Shown here in pieces: positions 41,105 to 51,153 of a stretch of DNA of 54,942 nt. Made by a program: the position numbers and the translations under genes. A model generated the notes under the pieces. The model searched no databases. It worked only from the letters and a program-made list of their open reading frames with translations, and was not told where the DNA came from. Origin of the DNA: a virus. Taxonomy: Duplodnaviria; Caudoviricetes. The first letter of the stretch is position 1. The number at the start of each line of letters is the position of its first letter. Location of the stretch: the IMG/VR virus record IMGVR_UViG_3300042923_000238, positions 1 to 54,942 of that record; one strand, written 5' to 3'.

Positions 41105-41784
41105 CCGATCCTCAGTTCCGCTCGGACTTTACCGTCGAGGTGATGGACCACATGGGCGACGATCTCACTCCGCTGCGCGCAGCACGCGTGTCCACGAAGG
41201 GCGCCGACTCCCGCACCACGGAGGAGAACGATGGCCTGCGCCGCTACCTGCTGCGCGAGGGACACCACGTGCCGTTCGAGCACCAGGTGGTGTCGTTCTA
41301 CATCGAGGCGCCGATCTTCGTCACGCGGCAGTTGCTGAAGCATCGCATCAGCAGCATCTCTGAGGAGAGCGGGCGCTACCGCGAGCTCGGCGGCGTGTTC
41401 TACGTGCCGGACGAGATGCGGCCGGTGAAGCAGGTTGGCAAGACGGGTGCGTACGAGTTCGCGCACGACGACATGGCCCTTACGGTCGCTCGGTCTGGCA
41501 TCAAGGGTGCATCGGCGGGCGCCTGGGACCTCTACTCCACGATGCTGGGCGCGGGCGTTGCCAAGGAGGTGGCGCGCATGGTGCTGCCCGTCAACACCTA
41601 CTCCTCCATGCACTTCACGGCGAACACCCGTTCGCTGTTCAACCTGTTCACGCTGCGCTCGTCGTGGGGCGAGGGGCATCCGCAATACGAGATCCGAGAG
41701 GTGGCTGACCTGATGTTCTCGTACTGGCAGGAGTTCTATCCCAAGACGGCAGAGGCGTGGCTTCAACTTCGGGAGGCGTCGTGA
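41101..41784 (+). CDS. thyX: Flavin-dependent thymidylate synthase
   Basis: AARVS, HHVPFEH, RQLLKHR..SEESGRY, EVARMVLP and HPQYEIR. Confidence 0.95.
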   Translation: MTDPQFRSDFTVEVMDHMGDDLTPLRAARVSTKGADSRTTEENDGLRRYLLREGHHVPFEHQVVSFYIEAPIFVTRQLLKHRISSISEESGRYRELGGVFYVPDEMRPVKQVGKTGAYEFAHDDMALTVARSGIKGASAGAWDLYSTMLGAGVAKEVARMVLPVNTYSSMHFTANTRSLFNLFTLRSSWGEGHPQYEIREVADLMFSYWQEFYPKTAEAWLQLREAS

Positions 41785-42962
41785 TCGATCCTTACGTTCG
41801 TCTCGGGATCATCGGCACGCATCTGCGCCGGGGCGACCCGGAGTCCGCGCTTGCCGCAATCCGCAACGTCGTCGAGACGGCGAAGCTTGAGGAGCGGGAG
41901 CGGATCATCGCCCTCCTCGACGGCATCGACAAGGACGAGTGCGAGTACAGGCATGGCTGGTGGGAGACAGATCGCGGCGCTGCCTTCGGCGCCAGCATCC
42001 TGCGTCAGATCAAGGAGGGCTCATGAAGCGGATCATCGAGCGCAACGCTCGGGGCGAGTACCACGTTCGCCGCGAGGATGGCTCGTACATCCCAAGCCGG
42101 TACATCGACGACCAGATCGCCGGTCACCCCAGGGCCTTTGAGACTCGCTGGGGCGCGCGCAGGGCGGCAAGGCGGGATCTCCGCTACTACGAGTACCTAG
42201 CCGCTGTTGCGGCAGAGCAGGGCGATGTGGAGGTGGTGACGCTGTGACTGAAGTGATGACCGAGGCGGAGTTCCTCGGCACCGACAAGAAGCCGCAGGAG
42301 GCCCTAGAAGGCCCTCCGTTCGTCGCCCTGACCCTCATAGAGGGTGGCACACTGTTCGCTCGCGCAGGGCAGATCAGCGCGGCCTGGGATATCCCTGCAA
42401 CGCCTGGTGGGCGAGGCGCGGGCTTCATCTCAGGCCCAGCGGCCGACGTGGAGGCGTCGCACCGCGTGGAGGTCAACGACCGCATCTTCTACGTCAAGGA
42501 ATCGGCCAGCGAGGTCATGTTCCTCATCCAGGAAGCACTGAAGGCGCCTGTCGTCTTCGCAGAGAAGGAGAGTGAGTAGTGGAGTTCACCCTGCCCGAGA
42601 TGCTCTTCATAGGCGCGCTGACGCTCTTCGCCGGGCTCATGATTGGCGACACCCGAGCAGATATGCGCCGATGGGGCCAGGCCCAGCTCGAACTGGCAGA
42701 CGAGGAAGGGTGGTTCGTCTCGGTCGACCGACTGCGCACCCGGCCGGGGGAGTCTCTCAAGTACCTGATGCGCATCTGGGATGACCGAGACGCATACCTC
42801 AGCGGCGCAGAGGCGGCGCTCGCCCACAGCAAGGCTCGCACCCCATGGGGCGCTGAGCGCAAGGCGCGGCGGATGCTCGCGCAGGCCCGCAAGGGCAAGT
42901 TCTTGGACAAGGAAGACATCGCGCTGAACATCGAGCAGCGCGTCAACAACATCGAGGAGTAG
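41781..42962 (+). other. Hypothetical genes 41781-42026, 42023-42247, 42244-42579 and 42579-42962
   Basis: Coupled ORFs. Confidence 0.6.
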
Positions 42963-42964
42963 TC

Positions 42965-43102
42965 ATGTTTCGACCCACCGCTGGCGACATCGGCGAGGAA
43001 ATCGAGCACATCGAGTTCGAGCCCTTCCCGGAGAGCGAGCCCGTCAAGGAGCCCGCCCCCGAGAAGGCGCCTGAACGCGTTCCCGAGCCTGCGGGTGTGT
43101 AG
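42965..43102 (+). CDS. Small acidic Pro/Glu-rich peptide (45 aa)
   Basis: SD GAGGAG; MFRPTAGDIGEEIEHIEFEPFPESEPVKEPAPEKAPERVPEPAGV; stop lies inside the operator motif. Confidence 0.65.
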   Translation: MFRPTAGDIGEEIEHIEFEPFPESEPVKEPAPEKAPERVPEPAGV

Positions 43103-43104
43103 AG

Positions 43105-43812
43105 TTGACTGGCGAGTTCGACGGCTGGGGGTTCGCCCTCGGCCATGTGGCGGGAGCTCGCTCGTTCAAGGTGCGCGGTGACGGCACCCTGACGGGCGTG
43201 TTCCATGAGCGGGAGTGGCTGCCGGGGGAGAACCTGGCGGACTGCCGCAAGATCGTCGGCTTCTACATCCCCGGGGTTGGCGTGTCCGATTCCGTCGCCC
43301 CCGTCTGGGAGGTGAACGAGTCAGGGCATCACTGCGTTGGCTGGTCGTGGGAGGTGGACGGCGTGCATGGCATCCACACCAACGGATTCCCCGAGAAGGT
43401 CTACCAGGGCTTCGAGGACGCGGATCACGACTTCGCCGAGTGCAAGTGCGGCTTCTACGGCTACACCAGGGGTTCCCTCGACTGGGTGACGCGGATCAAC
43501 GTCTCAGGCATCGTCCACGCCTACGGGCGGGTGGCGCTGGGAGAGGTCGGCTTCCGGGCAGAGAAGGCCAAGATCGTGGCCCTCTACACACCGCCCGTGT
43601 CGGAGATAAAGACGCAGCTCTCGAACGACCTGGGCGTGAACCCGAACCTGCCGATGCAGGAGTCGTTCCGGCGCGTGCAGCGACGAAGCATGGTGCCGGA
43701 AGACCTCTTCCTGCGCATCGCCTGGCGCTACCCGCAGGTGCCCATGTACACGGACCTGGACCAGATGCTTGCCGACTTCCCGGTCGACGAGGCGAGAAGG
43801 GAGGCGGCGTGA
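43105..43812 (+). CDS. Hypothetical protein with a CKCGFY zinc motif
   Basis: GARSF, WLPGEN.ADC, H....CKCGFY and GFRAEKAKIV. Confidence 0.75.
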   Translation: MTGEFDGWGFALGHVAGARSFKVRGDGTLTGVFHEREWLPGENLADCRKIVGFYIPGVGVSDSVAPVWEVNESGHHCVGWSWEVDGVHGIHTNGFPEKVYQGFEDADHDFAECKCGFYGYTRGSLDWVTRINVSGIVHAYGRVALGEVGFRAEKAKIVALYTPPVSEIKTQLSNDLGVNPNLPMQESFRRVQRRSMVPEDLFLRIAWRYPQVPMYTDLDQMLADFPVDEARREAA

Positions 43813-44980
43813 CTGACACCCTGCACGCCCTCATGCGTGACATCGACGGGCGACCGTTTCCGTGCTCCACGCCCGGGTGCCAGGTCTGTACGCCGATCCA
43901 CGTGCCCGAGCACTACGAGTTCGGCCTGTTCAAGCGCTCCAACGGCCATCAGGTCGGCGGCCCCGTGCGGGCGCGTGAGGCGGCTGACCCCCGCCTGCGT
44001 GGCCTCCGGCCTGGCCGGTACATCATCCGCAAGCGCGCTATCTACGCAGGACCCTGGGAGGACGCGTGAGTGCAGACCTGCTGCGCCGAGCCGCAGCCAA
44101 GATTCGCTCGGCGGCCCCGCTGATCGAATACACAACCGAGATGTCGGACCCTACCGAGCGCATCAAGTACGTGCAGTATCGACGCACCAAGCGGAACCGG
44201 TGGGGCTGGCGGAACAACGTCCGCCCCGCTCTGCGCAGGCTTTTTGGCAAGCGCACGAGCGTAGACCGGGTGTTGATGGTCAAGTGGTGGGAGCGCCCTC
44301 GCTTCGCTTGGTTCGATCTGACTCACCGCGACACCCGCGACACCCCTGAGGTGTCGCTGGATGAAGGCAACGTCCTCATCTTCTGGTCAGAGGTGGTGCC
44401 GCACATCGCCCTGTGGACGCCCGACGTGGCCGAACTGGTGGCCGACTGGTTGTTCGACGAGGCGGTCGAGTCTGAGCGCAGCGAACGGCCCGGAGCGCCT
44501 CACCCGTTCGCGGTCCGCCTCGCCCGCCGCATCCTCGGGGAGGGAGCATGATCCGCAAAGCCTTGGCAGTGCTGCTCGCTACTGCGGCGTTCTACGGCAT
44601 GATGCTCGTCCCCGCAGAGGGCAATCCGACGCTCGCCCTTGTTCTTCTCATGGGCAGCGCCCTGGGACTGGGCGCCGTTCTTGCGCTTGGCGCACTCGTG
44701 ATTCACCTGTGGTACGGAGGGTGCTGGTGAACGACCTCATCCTCTACAGCCTCGCCTTCGTCGGCATGGCTACGGTCCTGGGTGCGGCATTCCTGGGACT
44801 GCTGGAACTCCTGGAGTGGGTGCTCTCGAAGATCGACGGAGGCGGCAAGTGACCCGCGAGGAGATCATCGCCGCAGCGCGACAGTCCGTGGTGGGCAACC
44901 CTCCGCCGCCTGCCAACGAGGCACTGCGCCTCATCATCAACACGATCATGGAGCCCGAGGCGACCAGCCTTGCGGCGTGA
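43809..44980 (+). other. Hypothetical genes 43809-44069, 44066-44551, 44548-44730 (TM), 44727-44852 (TM) and 44849-44980
   Basis: Coupled ORFs; hydrophobic segments. Confidence 0.55.
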
Positions 44981-44988
44981 GGAGGAGC

Positions 44989-45783
44989 ATGGCGATTGCA
45001 TTGCCCGTCAGCGTGGGAGACCGCACTATCGCGCTGGGCAACGAGATCCTGCGGACCGTGTGCGGCTCTGGCGTGCATGGCATGGCTATCCAGGGGCACG
45101 ACGATCACGATGAGATGGGCGTCTACATCGAGGCGCCTGAGCAGCTCATCGGCCTCATGCCGTCGTCGGAGCACTACGTCTCTCGGACCAAGCCGGAGGG
45201 TGTGCGTTCAGAGGCCGGGGATACCGACCTGACGATCTACTCCCTGCGAAAGTACGCCCGCCTAGCGGTGGCAGGTAACCCGACGGTGCTCACGGTGCTG
45301 TATGCACCGCAGGACGCCGTGCTGGTCGCCACTCCAGCGGGGGAGAGGCTTCGGGAGATGGCGCCTCATATCGTGTCTATGAACGCCGGGCGGCGCCACC
45401 TGGGCTACCTGGACGGACAGCGCGAAAGGCTGATCGGCGGCGGAAAGCAGGGCCGGGTGCCGAACCGCCCCGAGTTGATCGAGGCGCACGGATATGACAC
45501 CAAGTACGCCAGCCATGCCCTTCGTCTCGGGCTGCAAGGAATCGAGCTGGTATCCACGGGGACGCTCTCGCTCCCCCTCCGCCCGGACGACCTGGAGCAG
45601 TGCATGGAGGTAAAGCGGGGCCTTGTGGGCTTCGACGAGGCACTGGCGAGAGTGGATCGGACCAGGGCCAAGCTGGCGTCACTAATCGACGAGCGGAACA
45701 CTCCGCTGCGCGATGCCCCGGACATGCGGAAGGTGAATGCGTGGCTGATCGAGGAGCACCGCGAGCACTGGAGCAACCTGTAA
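44989..45783 (+). CDS. Pol-beta superfamily nucleotidyltransferase (RlaP-like)
   Basis: GSGVHG...DHDEMGVY, GNPT and YDTKYASHALRL. Confidence 0.85.
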   Translation: MAIALPVSVGDRTIALGNEILRTVCGSGVHGMAIQGHDDHDEMGVYIEAPEQLIGLMPSSEHYVSRTKPEGVRSEAGDTDLTIYSLRKYARLAVAGNPTVLTVLYAPQDAVLVATPAGERLREMAPHIVSMNAGRRHLGYLDGQRERLIGGGKQGRVPNRPELIEAHGYDTKYASHALRLGLQGIELVSTGTLSLPLRPDDLEQCMEVKRGLVGFDEALARVDRTRAKLASLIDERNTPLRDAPDMRKVNAWLIEEHREHWSNL

Positions 45784-45790
45784 GACAACC

Positions 45791-45845
45791 AGCCCCCGGC
45801 TGGGTCTACCGCACTTACGCGGCAGGCTCGGCCGGGGGCTTCTTT
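45791..45845 (+). terminator. Terminator where the two arms converge
   Basis: AGCCCCCGGC / GCCGGGGGCT followed by TCTTT. Confidence 0.7.
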
Positions 45846-47227
45846 GCGTTTGCCCACTCGTACGCCACGCAGTCCGCCTTGAAGCCTCCTCGAAAGCCTC
45901 GCCCAGGCGGTGATACGATGATGGACTCGAAGAGGCTCTCGATCACCTTGCGCTTGCGCCCGAGCGTCAGGTTATCCCATCTGCCCTGCGTGTCAGCATT
46001 TGAATGCGCCCCCGTGAACTCCTTGAAACCGGAGATCGCCGTTAAGGCCCCTAGGCGCTCCTCCAGCGCACGCAACCCCCCTCTGAGGGTGTCCGTCCCG
46101 GCCACCATCTGTTCGTAGGTCAGGAGGCCACCTGCGAAGCCGGTTGCGAGCCCCTCCATACGCTTCTGTAGTTCCATGCGCTCACGCACCAAGGCGTCAA
46201 TGTCGTCGCCTTGATCGCGCTTCATCAAGAGATCAGGCTTGCTCAGTCGCTCGACGACGATGGTCTCGATGTAGAGGTCCATCGGCTCGCGGTTGATCCT
46301 CGCACACCCCTTCAAGCAGGTGTAGCCAGCAGCCTGCCTGGGCTTCTCCCGAGCAGGGCTGGCGTACATCGCTCCATCGCACACGGAGCACCGGGCAATG
46401 CCGGTCAGTAGCGTCGTCGGAGTGCGCCCTGTGTGGCCGCTCACGTGCCTACCAGGAGCGGTCAGCACCGCACGTAGGGCGAGGTACTTAGACTCGCCCA
46501 GGACGGCAGGGAAGGCTCCCTCCGCCACCACGTCGCCCTTGTAGACGCGAGCTCCTACCATCCTCGGGTTGAGCAGGATGGACCGGATGTTGACGGCCTT
46601 CCACTCGCCACCCTGCGCTGTAGGCACTCCAGCCTCGCGCCACTCCCGGGCAACGGTGCCCAGGGACACTCCTGCGATCACATCGTCTGCCGCCTTGCGC
46701 AGGAGGGCGGCTTCCCCCTCCACGAGTTCACTCTGGTCCGCCGTCCATCCGAACGGGCGGTGGCCGTAGGTCTTCACGCCCTTGGCCGCGCGCTGTGCGT
46801 TGGCGAGGCGCTGCCGTGCTCCCTTGCGCTCCACCTCAGCCGCTGCCACGGCCGCGAGGATGCGAGCCACCATGCGTCCGGTGTCCGTCGTCAGGTCGAT
46901 GTCGCCTGTCGCCGTAGCCACGCCTACGCCACGCTCCACGCTGAGCGCGATGAGGCGTTCCAGCTCCTTCATCGAGCGGGTCACCCGGTCCAGGTGCCAG
47001 GCGATGATGACCTCGACCTCGCGCCGGTCTACCATCTCCAGCACGGACTCCCACGCAGGTCTACGCTTGTTGGACCAGGCGGAGATCGAGTTGTCGACCT
47101 TCTCGTCCACCACGTCCCAGCCACGGGCTACCGCGAGGGCTCTACAGGCTTCGAGTTGGCGCTCTACCGAGGCACCCTCGCCGGTCTTGTCGAGGGAGAC
47201 GCGGGCGTAGATCACTGCTCTGCGCAT
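45815..47227 (-). CDS. int: Large serine integrase
   Basis: YARVS, RQLEACR, DRVTR, recombinase domain, LLTGIARCSVC zinc ribbon and coiled coil. Confidence 0.95.
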   Translation of the reverse strand: MRRAVIYARVSLDKTGEGASVERQLEACRALAVARGWDVVDEKVDNSISAWSNKRRPAWESVLEMVDRREVEVIIAWHLDRVTRSMKELERLIALSVERGVGVATATGDIDLTTDTGRMVARILAAVAAAEVERKGARQRLANAQRAAKGVKTYGHRPFGWTADQSELVEGEAALLRKAADDVIAGVSLGTVAREWREAGVPTAQGGEWKAVNIRSILLNPRMVGARVYKGDVVAEGAFPAVLGESKYLALRAVLTAPGRHVSGHTGRTPTTLLTGIARCSVCDGAMYASPAREKPRQAAGYTCLKGCARINREPMDLYIETIVVERLSKPDLLMKRDQGDDIDALVRERMELQKRMEGLATGFAGGLLTYEQMVAGTDTLRGGLRALEERLGALTAISGFKEFTGAHSNADTQGRWDNLTLGRKRKVIESLFESIIVSPPGRGFRGGFKADCVAYEWANAKKPPAEPAA

Positions 47228-47348
47228 GAGGGCAACCTACATGACTATGCACGACACTGGTGCAGTAGGCGTGCGTTTCCGAGTACGTGTAACGGTGCGA
47301 TGACATGGCGATCTTGTCACGGAGCGGTGACACCGCCAGAACGCAGAA

Positions 47349-47394
47349 AAGCGCCCCACCCAGGCTCAGCGTAGGCCGAGAGGGTGGGGCGCTT
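47349..47394 (-). terminator. Terminator between nrdH and the integrase
   Basis: AAGCGCCCCACCC / GGGTGGGGCGCTT followed by TT. Confidence 0.7.
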
Positions 47395-47402
47395 CAGTAG
47401 GC

Positions 47403-47630
47403 TCAGGAGGCCGCTAGGGCAGCGATCTCATCCGGCCTGAATCCAGACCAGTGGCGATCCCCTGCGACGACTACAGGGGCTTGTAGGTAGCCGAGCGACT
47501 GGACATAGGCCAGGGCTTCGGCGTCGGTGCTGACATCGACGGGGGTGTAAGCCAAACCGGCCCGGTCGAGCGCACGGTAGGTAGCGGTGCACTGGACGCA
47601 GGCCGGTCGGCTGTAGACGGTGATGCTCAA
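47403..47630 (-). CDS. nrdH: NrdH-like glutaredoxin
   Basis: CVQC, LQAPVV and WSGFRPD. Confidence 0.95.
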   Translation of the reverse strand: MSITVYSRPACVQCTATYRALDRAGLAYTPVDVSTDAEALAYVQSLGYLQAPVVVAGDRHWSGFRPDEIAALAAS

Positions 47631-48655
47631 GCTGCGGAGAGCTCCTTCTTGTATCGGTCATCGAAGCCTGGCTGCTCCTCCATGAAGGTGAGGAGCGTCA
47701 GGGCGTGGAAGGCGACAGCGGCCATGTGAGGAGAGCCGGTCTCCTCGTCGATGTCCTCGCCGGACCAGAAGGCCGTGGCGTGGCGCTGGAGCGCCGCGTA
47801 GGACTTGGACCACTCGTAGCCCTTCCTCCAGTTCCAGGGCTCGTACTTGGCCGCGCCGACGCCGTAGTGGCGGGCGACGGTAGCGAGAGCCTCGACGGGG
47901 ATCAGGTCGTGGCGCTCACTTTTCGTGCCCTTCTCACCACCCGTGGATGAGACGGAGCGGATCTCTCCAGCCTGGTGCGAGAGAAAGATCTCCCGAGGCG
48001 GAGGCGAGAGCGGGATGATGAGCTGCCCCTGCGCGTTGGGCTCAGCGGTGACGGTCCACGACTGCGGCTCAACCTCCTCGCCTGCCTGTGGCGCCAACCG
48101 CCACCAGTCGGCACCCCCGGCCAGGGCATCCTCCAGTGTCACCACCGGGAGCTTCAATGCCTTCGCCAGGGCCACCTCTGCACGAGCGCCAGAGGAGTTC
48201 TCCCAGCCAGGCAGGACGATCACTCCGGCGCTCTCGTGAGCGATGAAGTCCACGTCCGCGCCGAGCGCCTTGCGAAGGTCGAAGCCGAGCGAGGAGAGAT
48301 CCTCGTTGCCCGTCAGGCCCTTGTAGTCAAAGCCGGTGTCAATGTCATGCTGGGCGGGGTTGAAGACCGCAATGCCCTCTGCCTTGAGATCCTCCGCGGC
48401 CTTCAGGAAGGCGGGGAAGTTGAACTCAGGAATGCCGCGCATGGGGCCTGCGAGATAGGCGCGCGAGTCGCGGAGCGAGAGGACGTGCTCCACCTCGTGC
48501 GAGCGGTAGAGAGACTGATACTTGCGGTCGCCCCGAAACCAGAGGCTTTCGCCTTCCACTTCATCAATCTCCCCAACCGCGCCAGGGAGAAGGTAGCCGG
48601 AGGGAACCGCGTCATCCTTGATGCGAACTCGGTCGCCAACCTTGAACTCGCTCAT
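47627..48655 (-). CDS. Fusion of an SH3-like, a nucleoside 2-deoxyribosyltransferase-like (DUF4406) and a dATP/dGTP diphosphohydrolase (DUF5664) domain
   Basis: YLAGPMRGIPEFNFPAF...LPGWENSSGARAE; DLIP...GAAKY..WNWRKG...DEETGSPH. Confidence 0.8.
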   Translation of the reverse strand: MSEFKVGDRVRIKDDAVPSGYLLPGAVGEIDEVEGESLWFRGDRKYQSLYRSHEVEHVLSLRDSRAYLAGPMRGIPEFNFPAFLKAAEDLKAEGIAVFNPAQHDIDTGFDYKGLTGNEDLSSLGFDLRKALGADVDFIAHESAGVIVLPGWENSSGARAEVALAKALKLPVVTLEDALAGGADWWRLAPQAGEEVEPQSWTVTAEPNAQGQLIIPLSPPPREIFLSHQAGEIRSVSSTGGEKGTKSERHDLIPVEALATVARHYGVGAAKYEPWNWRKGYEWSKSYAALQRHATAFWSGEDIDEETGSPHMAAVAFHALTLLTFMEEQPGFDDRYKKELSAA

Positions 48656-48987
48656 CGCTTGTCTCCGCTCCCCGTCAGAACCCCGCGCTCCTTGCGGTCA
48701 CGCAGCTTGCGAACAACACCAGCGGCGATCTCCGCCAGGTCGTAGTCGATTTCCTCGGCCACTGCGGCTGCGTACCAGAGCACGTCACCGAGCTCGGAGG
48801 CGATCTGCTCCGCCTTCTCATCGGTCAGCGCGCCGCTGTCGTCGCGCAGGATCTTCTTCACCTTGTTGGCGACCTCACCCGCCTCGCCGGTAAGTCCAAG
48901 CGCTGCATACGCAAGGCCCGTGGCCTCACCGCGGCCCGGATAGATCGCCGTCTCAAGTGCGGCGGTCTGAAAGTCCACCAGGTTCAC
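48652..48987 (-). CDS. MazG-like NTP pyrophosphohydrolase
   Basis: LGLTGEAGEVANKVKK and ELGDVLWY. Confidence 0.9.
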   Translation of the reverse strand: MNLVDFQTAALETAIYPGRGEATGLAYAALGLTGEAGEVANKVKKILRDDSGALTDEKAEQIASELGDVLWYAAAVAEEIDYDLAEIAAGVVRKLRDRKERGVLTGSGDKR

Positions 48988-49433
48988 TTGCTCCCCTCCT
49001 TCTCGAACTGCGTGCAGCCACACTTCTTGCCGACGCAGCCCGGGTTGCTCTTTCGGACTCCGTGGCTAGCCCACGAGTGTCCACAGGTCTTGCAGAAGCG
49101 CTTGTCCGGCTGCGGACTCATCGCTTCCTTGACGTACGCCTGACGGGACTTGGCGGAGTGCACCTCGAACACTCCGCACGTGCCCATGAGGCCCAGCTCG
49201 TTCTTCTCCAGCGCCTTCTGCGCTGCGCCTTCCGTGCCGTGTAGGCCGTAGAGGATGTTGTGGCCCTCGTTCCTCATGGCTACTACGAACCAATCACGCT
49301 CGGAGAAGGACTCGTAAGCCTGCTGAAGCAACGCGCGTGCCATCTTTTCGGGGGAGTCGAAGTCCTCGGACTGGAGGATCTCGACGATGGGCGTCAGCTC
49401 GTCTTTGCGGATCGAGACCCCGGGTAGTGTCAA
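48984..49433 (-). CDS. Hypothetical protein with a C-terminal zinc finger
   Basis: CKTCGH...H...C...CGC; TTG start inside the operator motif. Confidence 0.7.
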   Translation of the reverse strand: MTLPGVSIRKDELTPIVEILQSEDFDSPEKMARALLQQAYESFSERDWFVVAMRNEGHNILYGLHGTEGAAQKALEKNELGLMGTCGVFEVHSAKSRQAYVKEAMSPQPDKRFCKTCGHSWASHGVRKSNPGCVGKKCGCTQFEKEGSK

Positions 49434-49435
49434 GA

Positions 49436-50056
49436 CTAGACACCCTGCCCTTCGAGAATCGGAACGCGTATCGTGTGGCGGAAGGTCCACTCAAGGCCCT
49501 CGAAGAAGCGCCCACTCATCTCGTGCGCCTTGTGCCAGTCGAGTTCCCAGCCGTCCTCGTGCACGACGTTGAAGATGCCCTTGACTGCGAGGTCTCGCGC
49601 TGCGACGGGGGAGAAGGGGCTCTCTCCGATAGACTCAACTAGCCTCATCGGGGTCTCCTGCGGGGCCTGGCCTCTCGAAGAGGGGGAGAAGGTCGTCGCC
49701 AACCTCAGGCGAGAACTCGATTGGCCCGTCGTAGTCGACAAGCGTGCCGAACGTGTACCAGCCAGGCGGCGGCTCTTTCCAAGTCATGCCGCCTCCTCCT
49801 CGCCCAGGCCCAGAATGAGCGCCAGCACGTTCGCCGTGTGCTCATGGAGGTCCGCCTGCTCGTCGCTGATGTCCTGCTCGATCACCGCGTCCTCGAACTC
49901 CTTGAGGTCGCCGTTGCGACGCGCCTCCGAGACCTGCTCCGTGTAGGAGTCGGCGCGCCTCCGGTAGTTCTCCGCCAGGCGACGGTGCTCGTCGTGCAGG
50001 TGCTTCACCTCATCGGTGATGTCGAGTTCGAAGGGCTCAATCTCCAGATCCGTCAT
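49436..50056 (-). other. Small hypothetical genes 49436-49648, 49635-49787 and 49784-50056
   Basis: Coupled ORFs. Confidence 0.55.
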
Positions 50057-50471
50057 CGTCTCCCCACTCCTCGCCCTCCAGGCCGTTCATCACGGCCGAG
50101 AGCTTCTGCGCTGCGTTGTTGACGTGCTTCCACACCGTGCGCACGTCCCTGTGGTCCTGCGTCGCGATGAAGCGGGCAGGCTTGCCGACAGGAGAGCCCT
50201 TGTAGAAGCCCTCCATGCCGTCGTTGTCCAGGTCTCCGCCGAGGAGCGCGTAGTGCAGGACGCACTTGCGCTCATCTCCGGTCAGGACCGGCTCTTCCCA
50301 GGCGATGCGCAGGTCTGCGAGCATCGCCATCCATGTGCCCTTGTGGCTCACGTCGGTGGACCCCCTAGGCATGTCGGGGTCTGCCTTGTGCGGGTTGTCG
50401 ACTCCGCTAGGCAGGTACTCCTCCCACAGGAAGGGGAGGAGGTGCACCACCTGGCCGGGGGTGTAGGTCAC
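50037..50471 (-). CDS. HTH protein resembling the C-terminal half of a phage sigma-like factor
   Basis: YTPGQVVHLLP, GTWMAMLADL and a C-terminal HTH RTVWKHVNNA..KL. Confidence 0.55.
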   Translation of the reverse strand: MTYTPGQVVHLLPFLWEEYLPSGVDNPHKADPDMPRGSTDVSHKGTWMAMLADLRIAWEEPVLTGDERKCVLHYALLGGDLDNDGMEGFYKGSPVGKPARFIATQDHRDVRTVWKHVNNAAQKLSAVMNGLEGEEWGDDDGSGD

Positions 50472-50856
50472 AGAGAGAGCGCCTCCACCCACGCATCCAG
50501 AGCGACGCTGGATGCGTGCCACCCGATTGCCACCAGGACGAATCCCTGAAGGATTCGGGGCGTGGTCGCCTTCGGCTCGAAGATCCGGAGGAACCCCCAG
50601 ATCCCCACCACGCCAGCCACCAGTAGAGCCGCTGCGTACGGGAAGGAAGTCATGCGGCCTCCCGCTCGTGTCGGGGGACCGGCTGCCACGAGGTGACGAA
50701 CCGGCGCTCCACGCGGCCACCGTTGGCACGAACCCACTCGTCTGTGACGAGCACCTCGTCGCGGTAGAGCCGCCCATCTCGCCAGCGCATCGTCCCGGGC
50801 GGAGGGAAGTCCCCCCACACGATCCGGCGCTCCTCCTGCTGGTCGTCTCTGGTCAC
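50468..50856 (-). other. Membrane protein 50468-50653 and hypothetical gene 50650-50856
   Basis: Coupled ORFs; two TM segments in the first. Confidence 0.6.
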
Positions 50857-51131
50857 CAGAGCTTCGCCTCCAATCCCACTTCGTCCTGGATGGATGTCTC
50901 TCGGTCCTGCTTGGCCCGCTCACGCTTGATGAGCCGGATGAGGTGCTTCTCGACTGCGAACGCTCGTGCGCTCGGCTTGTAGTCGAGGTAGGCGGGGTGC
51001 GTCGCCAGGTAGAGCAGCGCCTCCTGCTCAAGGTCTTCGAGCGGGATAACGCCGTTCGGTCCTGCACCGTGCGCCCTGCGAGCGCTGCGGAGTGCGCCTT
51101 CATATGTACCTGTCGGCCAGTTCCATGTCAA
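50853..51131 (-). CDS. Protein resembling the N-terminal (region 2) half of a sigma-like factor
   Basis: LEDLEQEALLYL...IKRERAK. Confidence 0.45.
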   Translation of the reverse strand: MTWNWPTGTYEGALRSARRAHGAGPNGVIPLEDLEQEALLYLATHPAYLDYKPSARAFAVEKHLIRLIKRERAKQDRETSIQDEVGLEAKLW

Positions 51132-51153
51132 CTCTACACACCTGCTCACCTGC

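Noticed and set aside
47627-48655. Z-genome (2-aminoadenine) pathway
   Set aside because: No purZ or dedicated polymerase was recognised.
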